From an uncultured Nitrospiraceae bacterium (GTDB lineage Bacteria; Nitrospirota; Thermodesulfovibrionia; Thermodesulfovibrionales; UBA6898), in assembly GCA_963811165.1 (NCBI GenBank), contig CAWEQH010000004.1, forward strand, positions 512,001 through 576,000: a stretch of DNA of 64,000 nucleotides, in the 5' to 3' direction. A program made the position numbers and the translations under genes. Each line of letters begins with the position of its first letter. The first letter of the stretch is position 1. The notes beneath the pieces are model-generated. The model had not been told where the DNA came from. It saw only the letters and a list, made by a program, of their open reading frames with translations, and searched no databases. This document shows positions 29,701 to 38,618 of the stretch, one piece after another.

Positions 29701-29980
29701 CGCAGGATGTCACGGCGCTCTTGCCAGCTCTCAAGTGGGCGGGGCCTCGGCATCTGAAATTTCGTCGGCGATCCACGGCGGCGTGAGTCAAATGTCCGGC
29801 TTAAGCAGCCTGACATCCACGCAGATATCTGCGATAGCATCGGCCCTTGCCGGTGTAAGAGGTTCAGATTCAGTCTTAGGTCAGGCGGCGCCTTCTTCGG
29901 GAGGGCTTCAGCCTGTGCTTTACGCCAGGATGGGGATGGAAATAAGACCGTCTAAAGGGCCTTTGTTCCTTTCAGCCTGA
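26798..29980 (+). CDS. Secreted multi-domain cytochrome c, 8 CxxCH, Pro/Thr-rich linkers (PgcA-like)
   Basis: GGAGG RBS; signal peptide; CxxCH codons start at 26912, 28313, 28538, 28784, 29018, 29252, 29486, 29699; PAPT/PT linkers. Confidence 0.9.
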   Translation: MRRKVLVTLLVTALMVMGVMGITNALTATDGAALYSTDCQMCHGPLGSSAVAGRSAAQISAAIANPAFPMAGMSTLTSLTADQVAAIAAALAPAPAPTPAPTPAPTPAPTPAPTPAPTPAPTPAPTPAPTPAPTPAPTPAPTPAPTPAPTPAPTPAPTPAPTPVPTPVPTSLVPMPRPVGQVEYDNPGSVFPSMSADPSHAIPIGVGTVALGGDTLSVQVGLNKFSGPVDVYVGYRTSAAPDKISVIKSDYTVQEFNVSDIDNAVFDGAPVPSGFEAWKTGVTGPVNEIVLNSLSITDIAAGQYSAYVLVTPAGDFSHYYLWQTDFASPQHTEAALPLTAQPPVGELTFGYSAQAFPAINPDPSLAAPISIGPAALGGDTVSLQVSLGKFVSPVDIYVAYGVAAAPDKIYLMKSDYTIQAFSLNEISNAIYHAGPMPNGFAPWKQNVTGPINEILLNNVPVSQIPAGSYALYLMATPAGNLSNNTIWSTELNGTGSDGATLYSQNCAGCHGPLAGSTKAGRTVSQIRAAMSANLGGVMGSLNGLSDFQLQMISDALTLPTPPPMPLSLKTTDAATLYNQNCALCHGPSDTAFPAGVAQSQVQAAMNSVRQMQGVGLLLTPDQVSAVVNKIGSPSVTPTPTPTPGPTPTPPPTMNGAALYATNCSGCHGALAMSAKKGRTAAQISGAISSVGAMSGLSLTSAQISAIASALAGTTPMPTPTPTPGPTPPPTTNGATLYANNCSGCHGALATSSKRGRTAAQITSAISSVGQMSGLSLTSAQISAIASALAGTTPMPTPTPTPGPTPPPTTNGATLYANNCSGCHGALATSSKRGRTAAQITSAISSVSQMRGISLTSAQISAIASALSGTTPTPTPTPTPGPTPPPTTDGATLYANNCSGCHGALATSSKRGRTAAQITSAISSVSQMRGISLTSAQISAIASALAGTTPTPTPTPGPTSGATLYATYCAGCHGALASSQVGGASASEISSAIHGGVSQMSGLSSLTSTQISAIASALAGVRGSDSVLGQAAPSSGGLQPVLYARMGMEIRPSKGPLFLSA
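27080..27307 (+). repeat. 12-bp coding tandem repeat (CCAGCACCGACA)
   Basis: 16 perfect copies, 1 synonymous variant and 2 CCGGTACCGAC(G/A) copies; encodes (PAPT)17(PVPT)2. Confidence 0.95.
28740..29680 (+). repeat. 234-bp coding tandem repeat (78-aa cytochrome module), about 4 copies
   Basis: Heme motifs and GATGAG anchors (28873, 29107, 29341, 29575) recur exactly 234 bp apart with near-identical DNA. Confidence 0.92.
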
Positions 29981-30007
29981 CATTATTACACGGTCATCTG
30001 ACCACCA

Positions 30008-30040
30008 AAAAGGGGGACATGTCATGTCCCCCTTTTTTAT
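30008..30040. terminator. Bidirectional intrinsic terminator
   Basis: AAAAAAGGGGGACATG-t-CATGTCCCCCTTTTTT; between the cytochrome and paaK. Confidence 0.85.
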
Positions 30041-30112
30041 TGCAGCTCTTTCTTAAAAAAATGACCGGCTTCGGGTATCGCTTAAGTCCCGTCATCAGAC
30101 GGATTAAACAAG

Positions 30113-31411
30113 CTAAATCTTCCTCAGGTCTATGACCCTTTTGGCCTTTCCCTCGCTCCGCTCGATGCTCTTTTTCTCTACAAGTCTTACATCCACCCCA
30201 ATCCCGAGTTCCGATGCAAGCCTCCGTCTGATGGTATCCATCAATTCGTTTTGTTTCTTCATCTCATCGAAGAATATCGATTCCGAGACCTCGACCTTTA
30301 CGGTGACGTCGTCCATGGCGCCTTTCCTGTCCACTATGATCTGGTAGTGCGGCTCGGTCCCCTCGATATCGAAGAGGACGGATTCGATCTGCGAAGGGAA
30401 TACGTTGACCCCTTTTATGATGAGCATATCGTCGGTCCTGCCCATGACCCGGTTCATCTTGATGAACCTTCTGCCGCAGGCACACGGTGAGGGTATCAGG
30501 CGGGTGAGGTCCCTTGTCCGAAACCGTATGACCGGGAATGCCTCTTTCGTGAGCGTGGTGATGACCAATTCACCGGTCTCCCCGGGGGCAACAGGGTGCA
30601 GCGTCTTGGGGTCCACTACCTCTACCAGAAAGTGGTCTTCGTTTATGTGAAGGCCGTTTCTTTCAAGACACTCCCCTGCGACCCCCGGTCCCATGACCTC
30701 GCTCAGTCCGTAGTTATCGGTGGCGACGATCTTGAGTTTTTCCTGTATCTCCTGCCTCATACCCTCGGACCATGGTTCGGCGCCGAAGAGGCCGTATCTG
30801 AGGGAGAGGGAGTTGACATTGATCCCCATCTCAGCGATGGTGTCGGCGATCAGGAGCGCGTAGCTTGGGGTGCAGATGAGTGCGGTGGTCTTGAAATCCT
30901 GCATGATCTTTACCTGCCTGGCCGTGTTGCCGCTGGATATCGGTATGACCGAGGCCCCGACCCTTTCGGCCCCGTAGTGGAGCCCGAACCCTCCGGTGAA
31001 GAGGCCGTACCCGAAGGCTATCTGGACCACGTCGTCCTTGGTAATGCCGCCGGCGGTGAGCACCCGCGCTACAAGATTAGACCAGGTCTTAAGATCGTTC
31101 TTCGTGTAACCGACTACCGTCGACATCCCGGTTGTTCCTGATGAGGCATGTATCCTTACCACCTCCCTCAAAGGCACGGCAAAGAGGCCATAGGGATAGC
31201 TGTCCCTGAGGTCGTTTTTTGTGGTGAAGGGCAGTTTTCCTACGTCGTCCAGGGAACGAAATTCGTCCGGGTCGATCCCGGCCTGGTCAAACTTTTTTCG
31301 GTAAAAAGGTACGTTCATGTACACACGCGACAGCGTCGACTGCAGCCTCTCGAGCTGGAGCTGTTGGAGTTCTTCTCTGCTCATTGTCTCGTTTTCAGGT
31401 TCCCAGTACAT
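30113..31411 (-). CDS. paaK: Phenylacetate--CoA ligase family protein (copy 1)
   Basis: [49 protein letters not shown]; start MYWEP after GGAGG. Confidence 0.93.
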   Translation of the reverse strand: MYWEPENETMSREELQQLQLERLQSTLSRVYMNVPFYRKKFDQAGIDPDEFRSLDDVGKLPFTTKNDLRDSYPYGLFAVPLREVVRIHASSGTTGMSTVVGYTKNDLKTWSNLVARVLTAGGITKDDVVQIAFGYGLFTGGFGLHYGAERVGASVIPISSGNTARQVKIMQDFKTTALICTPSYALLIADTIAEMGINVNSLSLRYGLFGAEPWSEGMRQEIQEKLKIVATDNYGLSEVMGPGVAGECLERNGLHINEDHFLVEVVDPKTLHPVAPGETGELVITTLTKEAFPVIRFRTRDLTRLIPSPCACGRRFIKMNRVMGRTDDMLIIKGVNVFPSQIESVLFDIEGTEPHYQIIVDRKGAMDDVTVKVEVSESIFFDEMKKQNELMDTIRRRLASELGIGVDVRLVEKKSIERSEGKAKRVIDLRKI

Positions 31412-31445
31412 AGTCTCCTCCGATCTATGGTGCGGCGTATGACGT

Positions 31446-31473
31446 GCAGGGGCACGGCATGCCGTGCCCCTAC
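31446..31473. repeat. GTAG-type REP palindrome
   Basis: GCAGGGGCACGGCATGCCGTGCCCCTAC (reads GTAGGGGCA... on the minus strand). Confidence 0.7.
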
Positions 31474-31481
31474 ATTTATTT

Positions 31482-32222
31482 TTATAACGTTGTCTCCGTG
31501 TCCAGGTCCCGGCCCAGATATGCCCGCTGGACATCCCGGTTGGAGAGGAGGTCTTCTGCGGCCCCCTGCAGCACTACCCTTCCGGTTTCGAGCACGTATC
31601 CGCTATCGGCTATCTTCAGCGCACTCCTGGCATTCTGCTCCACGAGCAAAACGGTAAGCCCGAAGTCGTCCCTGAGCGCCACGATATGTCTGAATATCTC
31701 CTTGATGATAAACGGCGCGAGGCCCATGCTTGGTTCGTCCAGAAGGAGCAGCTTCGGTTTCGCCATCAGCGCGCGTCCTATGGCGAGCATCTGCTGCTCC
31801 CCTCCCGAAAGCGTTCCCGCGACCTGTTTTCTCCTTTTTTGCAGTACCGGGAAGATCGAATAGATCTTTTCTCTGTCACTGCGGATCACGCGATTGTTCC
31901 TAAATGAATAACGATGATATGACCCCAGCAGAAGGTTGTCTTCAACGCTCATGGGCTTAAAGACGAGCCTTCCTTCAGGGACATGGGAAATACCCATCTG
32001 CACGATTCGGTCGGGAGCTTTTTTCGATATATCGCCGCCCTTGTAAACGATGCTGCCCCCCTCAGGCCTTATGAGCCCGGAGATAGTGGACAGGAGAGTG
32101 GTTTTGCCCGCCCCGTTTGCTCCTATAAGGGCTACGATCTCGCCCTGCTTTATATGGAGAGAGACCCTTTTTACCGCGTGTATCTTGCCGTAATAGACAT
32201 CGACGTTTTTAAGGATGAGCAT
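31482..32222 (-). CDS. Branched-chain amino acid-type ABC ATPase (LivF-like)
   Basis: [38 protein letters not shown]. Confidence 0.93.
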   Translation of the reverse strand: MLILKNVDVYYGKIHAVKRVSLHIKQGEIVALIGANGAGKTTLLSTISGLIRPEGGSIVYKGGDISKKAPDRIVQMGISHVPEGRLVFKPMSVEDNLLLGSYHRYSFRNNRVIRSDREKIYSIFPVLQKRRKQVAGTLSGGEQQMLAIGRALMAKPKLLLLDEPSMGLAPFIIKEIFRHIVALRDDFGLTVLLVEQNARSALKIADSGYVLETGRVVLQGAAEDLLSNRDVQRAYLGRDLDTETTL

Positions 32223-32988
32223 CCGTCACCTCTTCCTCAACGCCGAGATATGCGGCTACGACTTCCGGGTTTTTCTGGATCTCAAGGGGCGTCCCTTCAG
32301 CGATCACTTCTCCGAAATTAATGACTGTAATCCTGTCGCTTATCCCCATGATCAGGTCCATATCGTGCTCGACGAGCACAATGGTTATTCCTCGTCCGTC
32401 ACGTATCCTCCTTATCAGACCGCCGAGGTTACGGGTCTCTTTGATGTTGAGCCCTGCGGCAGGCTCGTCGAGGAGCAGGAGCTTCGGCTCTGTGGCAAGG
32501 GCCCTTCCGATCTCCAGTATCCGCTGCTCTCCTATGGGCAGGTTCGCTGCCTGCTCATTCATCCTCGCACTGAGACCGACATACTCAAGTATTTCCCCGC
32601 TCAGTTTTCGCGTCTCCTTTTCTTCCCTGATACCGCCGGGGAATCTCAGGCCGGAGGAAAAAAACCCGGAACTTGTTTTTGAGTATCTTCCCACCATAAC
32701 GTTTTCAAGTACGGTCATGCCGCTGAAGAGCTCCACATGCTGAAAGGTCCTCGAGATGCCTTTCCTGGCGATCCTGTCGGGGGAAAGGCAGCTGACCACC
32801 CCGCCGGAGAAACGGACTTCACCCCTGTCGGGGACATGGATGCCGCTGATGACATTGAGAAGCGTCGTCTTCCCTGCGCCATTAGGACCTATGAGGGCGC
32901 ATATCTGCCCCTCTGCCGCGTTGAAAGAGACGTCCTTGAGGGCGGTGAGTCCGCCGAAGCTTTTTCCTATGCCGCTAACTTCCAACAC
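32209..32988 (-). CDS. Branched-chain amino acid-type ABC ATPase (LivG-like)
   Basis: FGGL, GPNGAGKTT, RTFQ, LDEPAAG, VEHDM, AYLG. Confidence 0.93.
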   Translation of the reverse strand: MLEVSGIGKSFGGLTALKDVSFNAAEGQICALIGPNGAGKTTLLNVISGIHVPDRGEVRFSGGVVSCLSPDRIARKGISRTFQHVELFSGMTVLENVMVGRYSKTSSGFFSSGLRFPGGIREEKETRKLSGEILEYVGLSARMNEQAANLPIGEQRILEIGRALATEPKLLLLDEPAAGLNIKETRNLGGLIRRIRDGRGITIVLVEHDMDLIMGISDRITVINFGEVIAEGTPLEIQKNPEVVAAYLGVEEEVTDAHP

Positions 32989-33925
32989 GATCGGCCCTTT
33001 TCACCTTCTTCAGTTGATCGATCAACAGGGGAACGAGCCCTCTTCTGAAAAAAAGCAGCGACAGGGTGAGGATCAGCCCATAGACGAGCACGTCGAATTC
33101 CTCGAATTCCCGCAGAAGCTCCGGGAGGATGGTAATGACCACCGAGCCCACGACCGCACCCCAGAGGTTTGTAATCCCCCCGACGACGACCATCATCAGC
33201 ACCAGGATAGAGTAAAAGAGAGAAAATCCGGACGGGCTTATGAAGGTCACATAATGGGCATAGAGACCTCCGGCCAACGAGGCGCATACGGCAGCGAGCA
33301 CAAAGACCTTCACCTTTATCATCGAAACGTCGAGTCCCATTGCGTTACTTGCCAGCTCGCTTCCGTGGATCGCTTTTAGCGCCCTGCCGGTCCTGGAATG
33401 CATCAGGTTAAGGCAGAAGAGCATGACCGCAGCGACAATGCACCATATCAGGTAGAAGTAACTCTCAGGGGAAATAAAGGAATATCCGAAAAGGCTGAAA
33501 TGGGGGATGTCTCCGAACCCCGACGGCCCGCCCGGACCCCATTCGTTAAGGATGACATTCACGATCTCGCCGAAACCCAGGGTAGCGACCGCAAGATAAT
33601 GACCTTTTAATTTTAGTGCAGGCACCGACAGGACGAGCGCTGCCAACGCCGAGACGGCCATCGCCGCGGAGATACTCACCAGGACCGGCGCCCCGAGTTT
33701 CAGGCTCACGACAGCCGAGACGTAGGCGCCGATGCCGTAAAAGCCTGCCTGTCCCAAAGAGACCTGGCCGGCATACCCCATCAGCACGCAAAGACCTATC
33801 GCCACCAGTGCGTTGATCCCCGAAAATATTCCCACCGTCATCACGTAAGAGCCGCCCGATACAACCGGCAAGAGTCCGATCAGGACAAGAAAGAGGGAAA
33901 AGGTGAGAACGTTCCCCCTGCCCAT
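32975..33925 (-). CDS. ABC permease (LivM-like)
   Basis: GYAGQVSLGQAGFYGIGAY, YLAVATLGFGE, GRALKAI. Confidence 0.92.
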   Translation of the reverse strand: MGRGNVLTFSLFLVLIGLLPVVSGGSYVMTVGIFSGINALVAIGLCVLMGYAGQVSLGQAGFYGIGAYVSAVVSLKLGAPVLVSISAAMAVSALAALVLSVPALKLKGHYLAVATLGFGEIVNVILNEWGPGGPSGFGDIPHFSLFGYSFISPESYFYLIWCIVAAVMLFCLNLMHSRTGRALKAIHGSELASNAMGLDVSMIKVKVFVLAAVCASLAGGLYAHYVTFISPSGFSLFYSILVLMMVVVGGITNLWGAVVGSVVITILPELLREFEEFDVLVYGLILTLSLLFFRRGLVPLLIDQLKKVKRADRVGS

Positions 33926-33926
33926 T

Positions 33927-34814
33927 CTAAAATTTTCTCATCTCTAACATCGTCTTACTCCCGAAGATTCCGGCGGGCCGGAAAAAGAGTATGGATAAAA
34001 GAATCACGAGGGCGACCGCGTCTTTGAGCCCTGAATGGAGATAGCCGGCGGTCATCGATTCGAGGATGCCGATGGCGAAGCCGCCGATCACCGCACCCCT
34101 GTTTTTTCCCAGGCCGCCCATGATCGCCGCGCAGAAGCCCTTCACCGCAAGCATGGGACCTTTGTCATACTCCATCAGGGAAATAGGCGTGATGGCGATT
34201 CCGCCGAGCGCACCGACCATAGCGCTAAGGACGAAGGAGATCATGACCATGCGCGAAACATTGATCCCGACGAGTTTGGCGGCGTTTGGGTCGACGGCGC
34301 AGGCCCGCATCGCCTTCCCTACGATCGTCATATTGAAAAAGACAAACAGGAAAGTAATGCAAAGGCCCGTGATGCCGATTACCCAGAGCGTCTGTTGCTG
34401 GATAATGGCCCCGTAGACGGTAATGGGCTCCCCGGAGGTGAAGGGCGGGTAGTCATAGGGGTCTTTACCGAACTTGAACATCAGGACCCCCCGTAAGAGG
34501 ATGGATACCGCGATTGTTACCATGATCATAAGAAGGAGGTCGGCGTTTTTTAGAGGGCGTATCGTCAATCTTTCCATCAACAGTCCGACAAGGCCGGAGC
34601 TGAGGAGTGTGAGCACTACGGAAAGAAAAAAGGGCAGTTTTAGAGATTCTGAAAAAAGCCACATCATGAGCCCTCCGATCACTACGAATTCCCCCTGCGC
34701 AAGGTTGATGATCGACGTGGCGTTATAGATGATGTTGAACCCCACGCCTACAAGGGCATACACCGCCCCTGTCGTGAGGCCGGAGAAAAGGAACTGTAAA
34801 AAGACCGTAAACAA
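33927..34814 (-). CDS. ABC permease (LivH-like)
   Basis: GAVYALVGVG, INLAQGE, GKAMRA, MGGLG, RPAGIFG. Confidence 0.92.
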   Translation of the reverse strand: MFTVFLQFLFSGLTTGAVYALVGVGFNIIYNATSIINLAQGEFVVIGGLMMWLFSESLKLPFFLSVVLTLLSSGLVGLLMERLTIRPLKNADLLLMIMVTIAVSILLRGVLMFKFGKDPYDYPPFTSGEPITVYGAIIQQQTLWVIGITGLCITFLFVFFNMTIVGKAMRACAVDPNAAKLVGINVSRMVMISFVLSAMVGALGGIAITPISLMEYDKGPMLAVKGFCAAIMGGLGKNRGAVIGGFAIGILESMTAGYLHSGLKDAVALVILLSILFFRPAGIFGSKTMLEMRKF

Positions 34815-34868
34815 GTTATGTATCTGAGGAGGAGAGGGAGGAGGAAGCCTCCCTCTCTTTCCGGGCTC

Positions 34869-36020
34869 CTACTTTAAGATTTCCCAGTCGCCGTTTTTTA
34901 CGACGACCATGTCGAATGCGTCTTTGTCCAGACCGCAGTGGTCTTTAGGCGACATATTGAAGATGCCGCCCGTGCCGGGCCAGTTCCTGATCTTTGTCTC
35001 GATGTAGTCCCTGATCTTTGCCTTGTCGGCGCCTTCTTTCTTTATCGCATCGACCAGCATCATGATCGAATCATAGGCATGGCCGCCGAACGTGCCGGGC
35101 TCGCTCTTGTATCTCGCCTCGTAATCGTGCGAGTATTTCTTCAGGAGGGGCTTCTGGGGGTTTTTGTCCGAAAGTTTGTCCCATACGACAAGCCTCCCGA
35201 GGGGTGCGATGACGCCTTCAGCCGCTTTGCCGGCCAGTTCGATATTTTTCTTGCTGCCCCAGCCATGGCTTTGGTAAAGGGGGATGCCCATCTTCAGGTC
35301 ATGCCAGTTTTTCGTGACGACTACCTGACCCGGGCCGACCGACCAGTTGATGACCGCCTGGGCGCCCGATGCCTTGATCTTGGTGAGCTGGGTCGTCATG
35401 TCTGAATCTTTAGGGCCGTATTTTTCATCGGCCACGATCGACATCCCGTATCTCGGGGCGACCTCATGCAGGGCCTTTTTCCCGGCGTCCCCGAACCCGG
35501 TGGATATCGTGATAATGCCTACTTTAGAAATTCCGTGCTTCTTCATATAAGTATATATCGCCTCAACCGCGCTGGTGTCGTATTGGGGGGTCTTGAATAT
35601 CCAGTGCCTCTCGCTGACCGGGTTTGTTATCGGCGCACCTGCGGCGCAGGAGATAAGAGGCGTTTTCGCCCCGTTCATGATAGGCACAACCGCCATCGAT
35701 TCGCCCGTAGTAGAGGGGCCTATGATCGCAATCACCTTGTCTCTGTCCAGCAGCTTCTTGGCCGCAAGGACGGCCTGGGATTCATCGCTTTTGGTGTCTT
35801 CGATAATTATCTCAAGGGGGCTGCCGTTTATTCCCCCTGCCTTATTGATCTGGTCCTGGAGCATGAGGGCCGTGTTCTTTTCCGGCTCACCCAGAAATGA
35901 CGCTGCCCCGGTTACCGAAAAGAGAGCGCCGATCCTGATCGGCTCCTTCGCAAACGTGATTCCGGACAAAATAAAGACAGATGCCAGGACTGCCAATACC
36001 GAGAGGATGCTTTTTTTCAT
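34869..36020 (-). CDS. ABC substrate-binding protein (LivK/aromatic-compound-binding-like)
   Basis: Signal peptide, IRIGALFSVTG, INKAGGING, EDTKSD, AYDS. Confidence 0.9.
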   Translation of the reverse strand: MKKSILSVLAVLASVFILSGITFAKEPIRIGALFSVTGAASFLGEPEKNTALMLQDQINKAGGINGSPLEIIIEDTKSDESQAVLAAKKLLDRDKVIAIIGPSTTGESMAVVPIMNGAKTPLISCAAGAPITNPVSERHWIFKTPQYDTSAVEAIYTYMKKHGISKVGIITISTGFGDAGKKALHEVAPRYGMSIVADEKYGPKDSDMTTQLTKIKASGAQAVINWSVGPGQVVVTKNWHDLKMGIPLYQSHGWGSKKNIELAGKAAEGVIAPLGRLVVWDKLSDKNPQKPLLKKYSHDYEARYKSEPGTFGGHAYDSIMMLVDAIKKEGADKAKIRDYIETKIRNWPGTGGIFNMSPKDHCGLDKDAFDMVVVKNGDWEILK

Positions 36021-36069
36021 TGATTCCTCCTTTGTGTATTATTTTCCATGGAATACATGGATATAAAGA

Positions 36070-36501
36070 TCAGAGGGCATATACGTCTTCACCCTTCAAA
36101 ATTACCACACCCGCTTTTTGTAAGGCCTGTATCGCTTTTTCGAGCTCATCAAAACGGAAGATAATGATCGCATTCCCCCCTGACCTTTGCACAAAGGCGT
36201 ACATATATTCGACGTTCACCCCTTCGTCCTTCATAACCGAAAGGATATGGGCGAGTCCTCCGGGCCTGTCAGGGACCTCAACCGCGATCACCTCGGTCTT
36301 GCCCACGGTAAAGCCGTTGTCCTTGAGCACCTGCTTCGCCCTCTCCGTGTCGTTGACGATAAGCCTGAGTATGCCGAAATCAGTCGTGTCTGCAAGGGAG
36401 AGGGCGCGGACATTGATCCCTGCCCCTGCAAGTACACCCGCCACCTCCGCAAGCCTGCCGGATTTGTTTTCGAGGAATATCGAAATCTGCTCGACTTTCA
36501 T
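36070..36501 (-). CDS. Tandem ACT domain protein
   Basis: [38 protein letters not shown]. Confidence 0.92.
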   Translation of the reverse strand: MKVEQISIFLENKSGRLAEVAGVLAGAGINVRALSLADTTDFGILRLIVNDTERAKQVLKDNGFTVGKTEVIAVEVPDRPGGLAHILSVMKDEGVNVEYMYAFVQRSGGNAIIIFRFDELEKAIQALQKAGVVILKGEDVYAL

Positions 36502-36514
36502 AAAACCTCCTTTA

Positions 36515-36669
36515 AAAAGTGAAAAGTGAGACGTGAATAGTGAATGGTAAAGACGAAACTATATCTTTCCATAGCCCCACATTCTGTCATTCCCCGGACC
36601 GACCGGGGAAGCAATACTTTTATTTCCTTGTTTTCAACTATTCACTATTCACCATTCACTTTTTACTGT
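36515..36669. repeat. Inverted heptamer arrays enclosing a GTCATTCC-type palindrome
   Basis: AAAAGTG/AATAGTG-type x5 at 36515-36549; complementary CACTATT-type x5 at about 36635-36669; GTCATTCCCCGG-accga-CCGGGGAA at 36586-36610. Confidence 0.65.
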
Positions 36670-36671
36670 TT

Positions 36672-37973
36672 TTATAGCTTTCTGTTATCGATCACGCGCT
36701 TTGCCTTTCCTTCGCTTCTTTGGATCGTCTTGGGCTCGACAAGCTTGATCTTGCAACTGATCCCGAGGAGGTCTTTGATCTCCCGCTCTATCTTTTTGCC
36801 CAGCTTCTCAAGCACCTTGACCTCGTCGGAGAAGATGTTTTCGCTCACCTCGACCTGTACCTCGACCACGTCCAGGGAACCTTCGCGGCCGACGATGATC
36901 TGGTAGTGGGGCTCAACGCCCTCGATGCTCATAAGTACATGCTCGATCTGCGACGGAAAGACATTGACGCCCCTTATGATCAGCATGTCATCGGTCCTGC
37001 CGGTGATCCTCTCCATCCGGTGGAAGGTCCTGCCGCAGGAGCAGGGTTCGGCAATAATCCTTGAGATGTCTTTTGTGCGGTAGCGGATGACAGGGAAGGC
37101 CTCTTTCGTGAGAGTCGTAAAAACAAGCTCTCCGTGCTCGCCGTGAGGCAGCGGCTCCATGGTCTCGGGGTCCACGATCTCGGGCACGAAATAGTCCTCG
37201 AAGATGTGAAGGCCGTGCTGTTCCTCGATGCATTCGCTTGCAACACCCGGGCCCATAACCTCGCTCAGACCGAATATGTCGATGGCCTTCAGGTTGAGCC
37301 TCTTCTGGATCTCTTCCCGCATGTTCTCGCTCCACGGTTCGGCCCCGAAAAGCCCGACGCGGAGCTTAAGAGAGGCCGGCTCCACATTCATCTCCTTCAT
37401 TACATCGGCAAGGTTCAGCGCGTATGAAGGCGTGCACATCAGTACGGTCGAACCGAAGTCCTGCATGATCATTATCTGGCGTTTAGAGTTGCCGCCCGAT
37501 ATCGGGATAACCGCGGCCCCGAGTCTTTCGGCCCCGTAGTGGGCGCCGAGTCCGCCTGTGAAAAGGCCGTATCCGTATGCGTTATGGACTACATCGCCCT
37601 GGTGGGCGCCGCCGCAGGAAAGTGTTCTTGCCATAAGTTCAGCCCATGAATCTATGTCCCTTTTCGTATATCCGACGACCGTCGGTTTTCCAGTCGTGCC
37701 CGAGGACGCATGGATCCTCACCACCCGTTCGAAGGGTACCGCGAAGAGACCGAAGGGATAGTTCAGCCTAAGGTCTTCCTTTGTGGTGAAGGGAAGTTTG
37801 CGGATGTCCTTAAGATTCTTGATGTCGGACGGCTTTACCCCCATCTCGACCATCTTGCTCCGATAATAGGGGACCGCGGCATAGACCCGCTCGATCTGGT
37901 GCTGCAGACGTTTCAACTGCAGCGCTTCCAGGGCCTCGCGCGGAAGTGTCTCGAATTCCTCATTCCATATCAT
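36672..37973 (-). CDS. paaK: Phenylacetate--CoA ligase (copy 2)
   Basis: [49 protein letters not shown]. Confidence 0.94.
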   Translation of the reverse strand: MIWNEEFETLPREALEALQLKRLQHQIERVYAAVPYYRSKMVEMGVKPSDIKNLKDIRKLPFTTKEDLRLNYPFGLFAVPFERVVRIHASSGTTGKPTVVGYTKRDIDSWAELMARTLSCGGAHQGDVVHNAYGYGLFTGGLGAHYGAERLGAAVIPISGGNSKRQIMIMQDFGSTVLMCTPSYALNLADVMKEMNVEPASLKLRVGLFGAEPWSENMREEIQKRLNLKAIDIFGLSEVMGPGVASECIEEQHGLHIFEDYFVPEIVDPETMEPLPHGEHGELVFTTLTKEAFPVIRYRTKDISRIIAEPCSCGRTFHRMERITGRTDDMLIIRGVNVFPSQIEHVLMSIEGVEPHYQIIVGREGSLDVVEVQVEVSENIFSDEVKVLEKLGKKIEREIKDLLGISCKIKLVEPKTIQRSEGKAKRVIDNRKL

Positions 37974-38024
37974 GGCTGAACCTTACCTCCGTAATTAGGT
38001 TGATGCGGGCAACTCTTCTGTTTT

Positions 38025-38618
38025 TTATAATCTTTCACCTTTTACCTTTTCTCTTCCCCTGCTAAACGCCTCCCGGTTGACCTTCCGGATCTTCTCCGGG
38101 ACCCTTTCGGCGATCACATCGAGGAATATCTTTTCATCCAGGTCGAGGAAGACCGACAGTGCGCCGACGAGCACCATGTTGACCGCCTTCGTCTGGCCCG
38201 CGGACCTTGCGATCCCGAATGCGTCGACAGGAAAGACGGACAGTCCCCTTGATTTCAGTTGCTCAAGGACATCGGCCGGGTAGGTATCGATGCCTGTGGT
38301 AACCGGCGCCGGCAATATCTTTTGGGTATTTACGATGACCTTGGTATCTTTGTGATAGTAGGGGAGGTAGCGGAGCGCCTCCAGGAGTTCAAAGGACACC
38401 GCGATATCTGCGGAGCCGGGTTCTATGAGAGGGGAATATACCTTGTCACCGTACCGCAGGTGTGCGACAACGGAGCCGCCCCTCTGCGCCATGCCGTGGA
38501 CCTCGCTCTTTTTTACGTCAAAACCGGCCTCGATCAGCGCTGATGAGGTGATCTCGCTCGCAAGTAAAATGCCCTGTCCGCCGACCCCGCAGAGGAGGAT
38601 ATTACCGGATTTCTTCAT
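38025..38618 (-). CDS. iorB: Indolepyruvate:ferredoxin oxidoreductase beta subunit
   Basis: GVGGQG, SEVHGMAQRGGSV, NMVLVGA, N..AF..G. Confidence 0.93.
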   Translation of the reverse strand: MKKSGNILLCGVGGQGILLASEITSSALIEAGFDVKKSEVHGMAQRGGSVVAHLRYGDKVYSPLIEPGSADIAVSFELLEALRYLPYYHKDTKVIVNTQKILPAPVTTGIDTYPADVLEQLKSRGLSVFPVDAFGIARSAGQTKAVNMVLVGALSVFLDLDEKIFLDVIAERVPEKIRKVNREAFSRGREKVKGERL

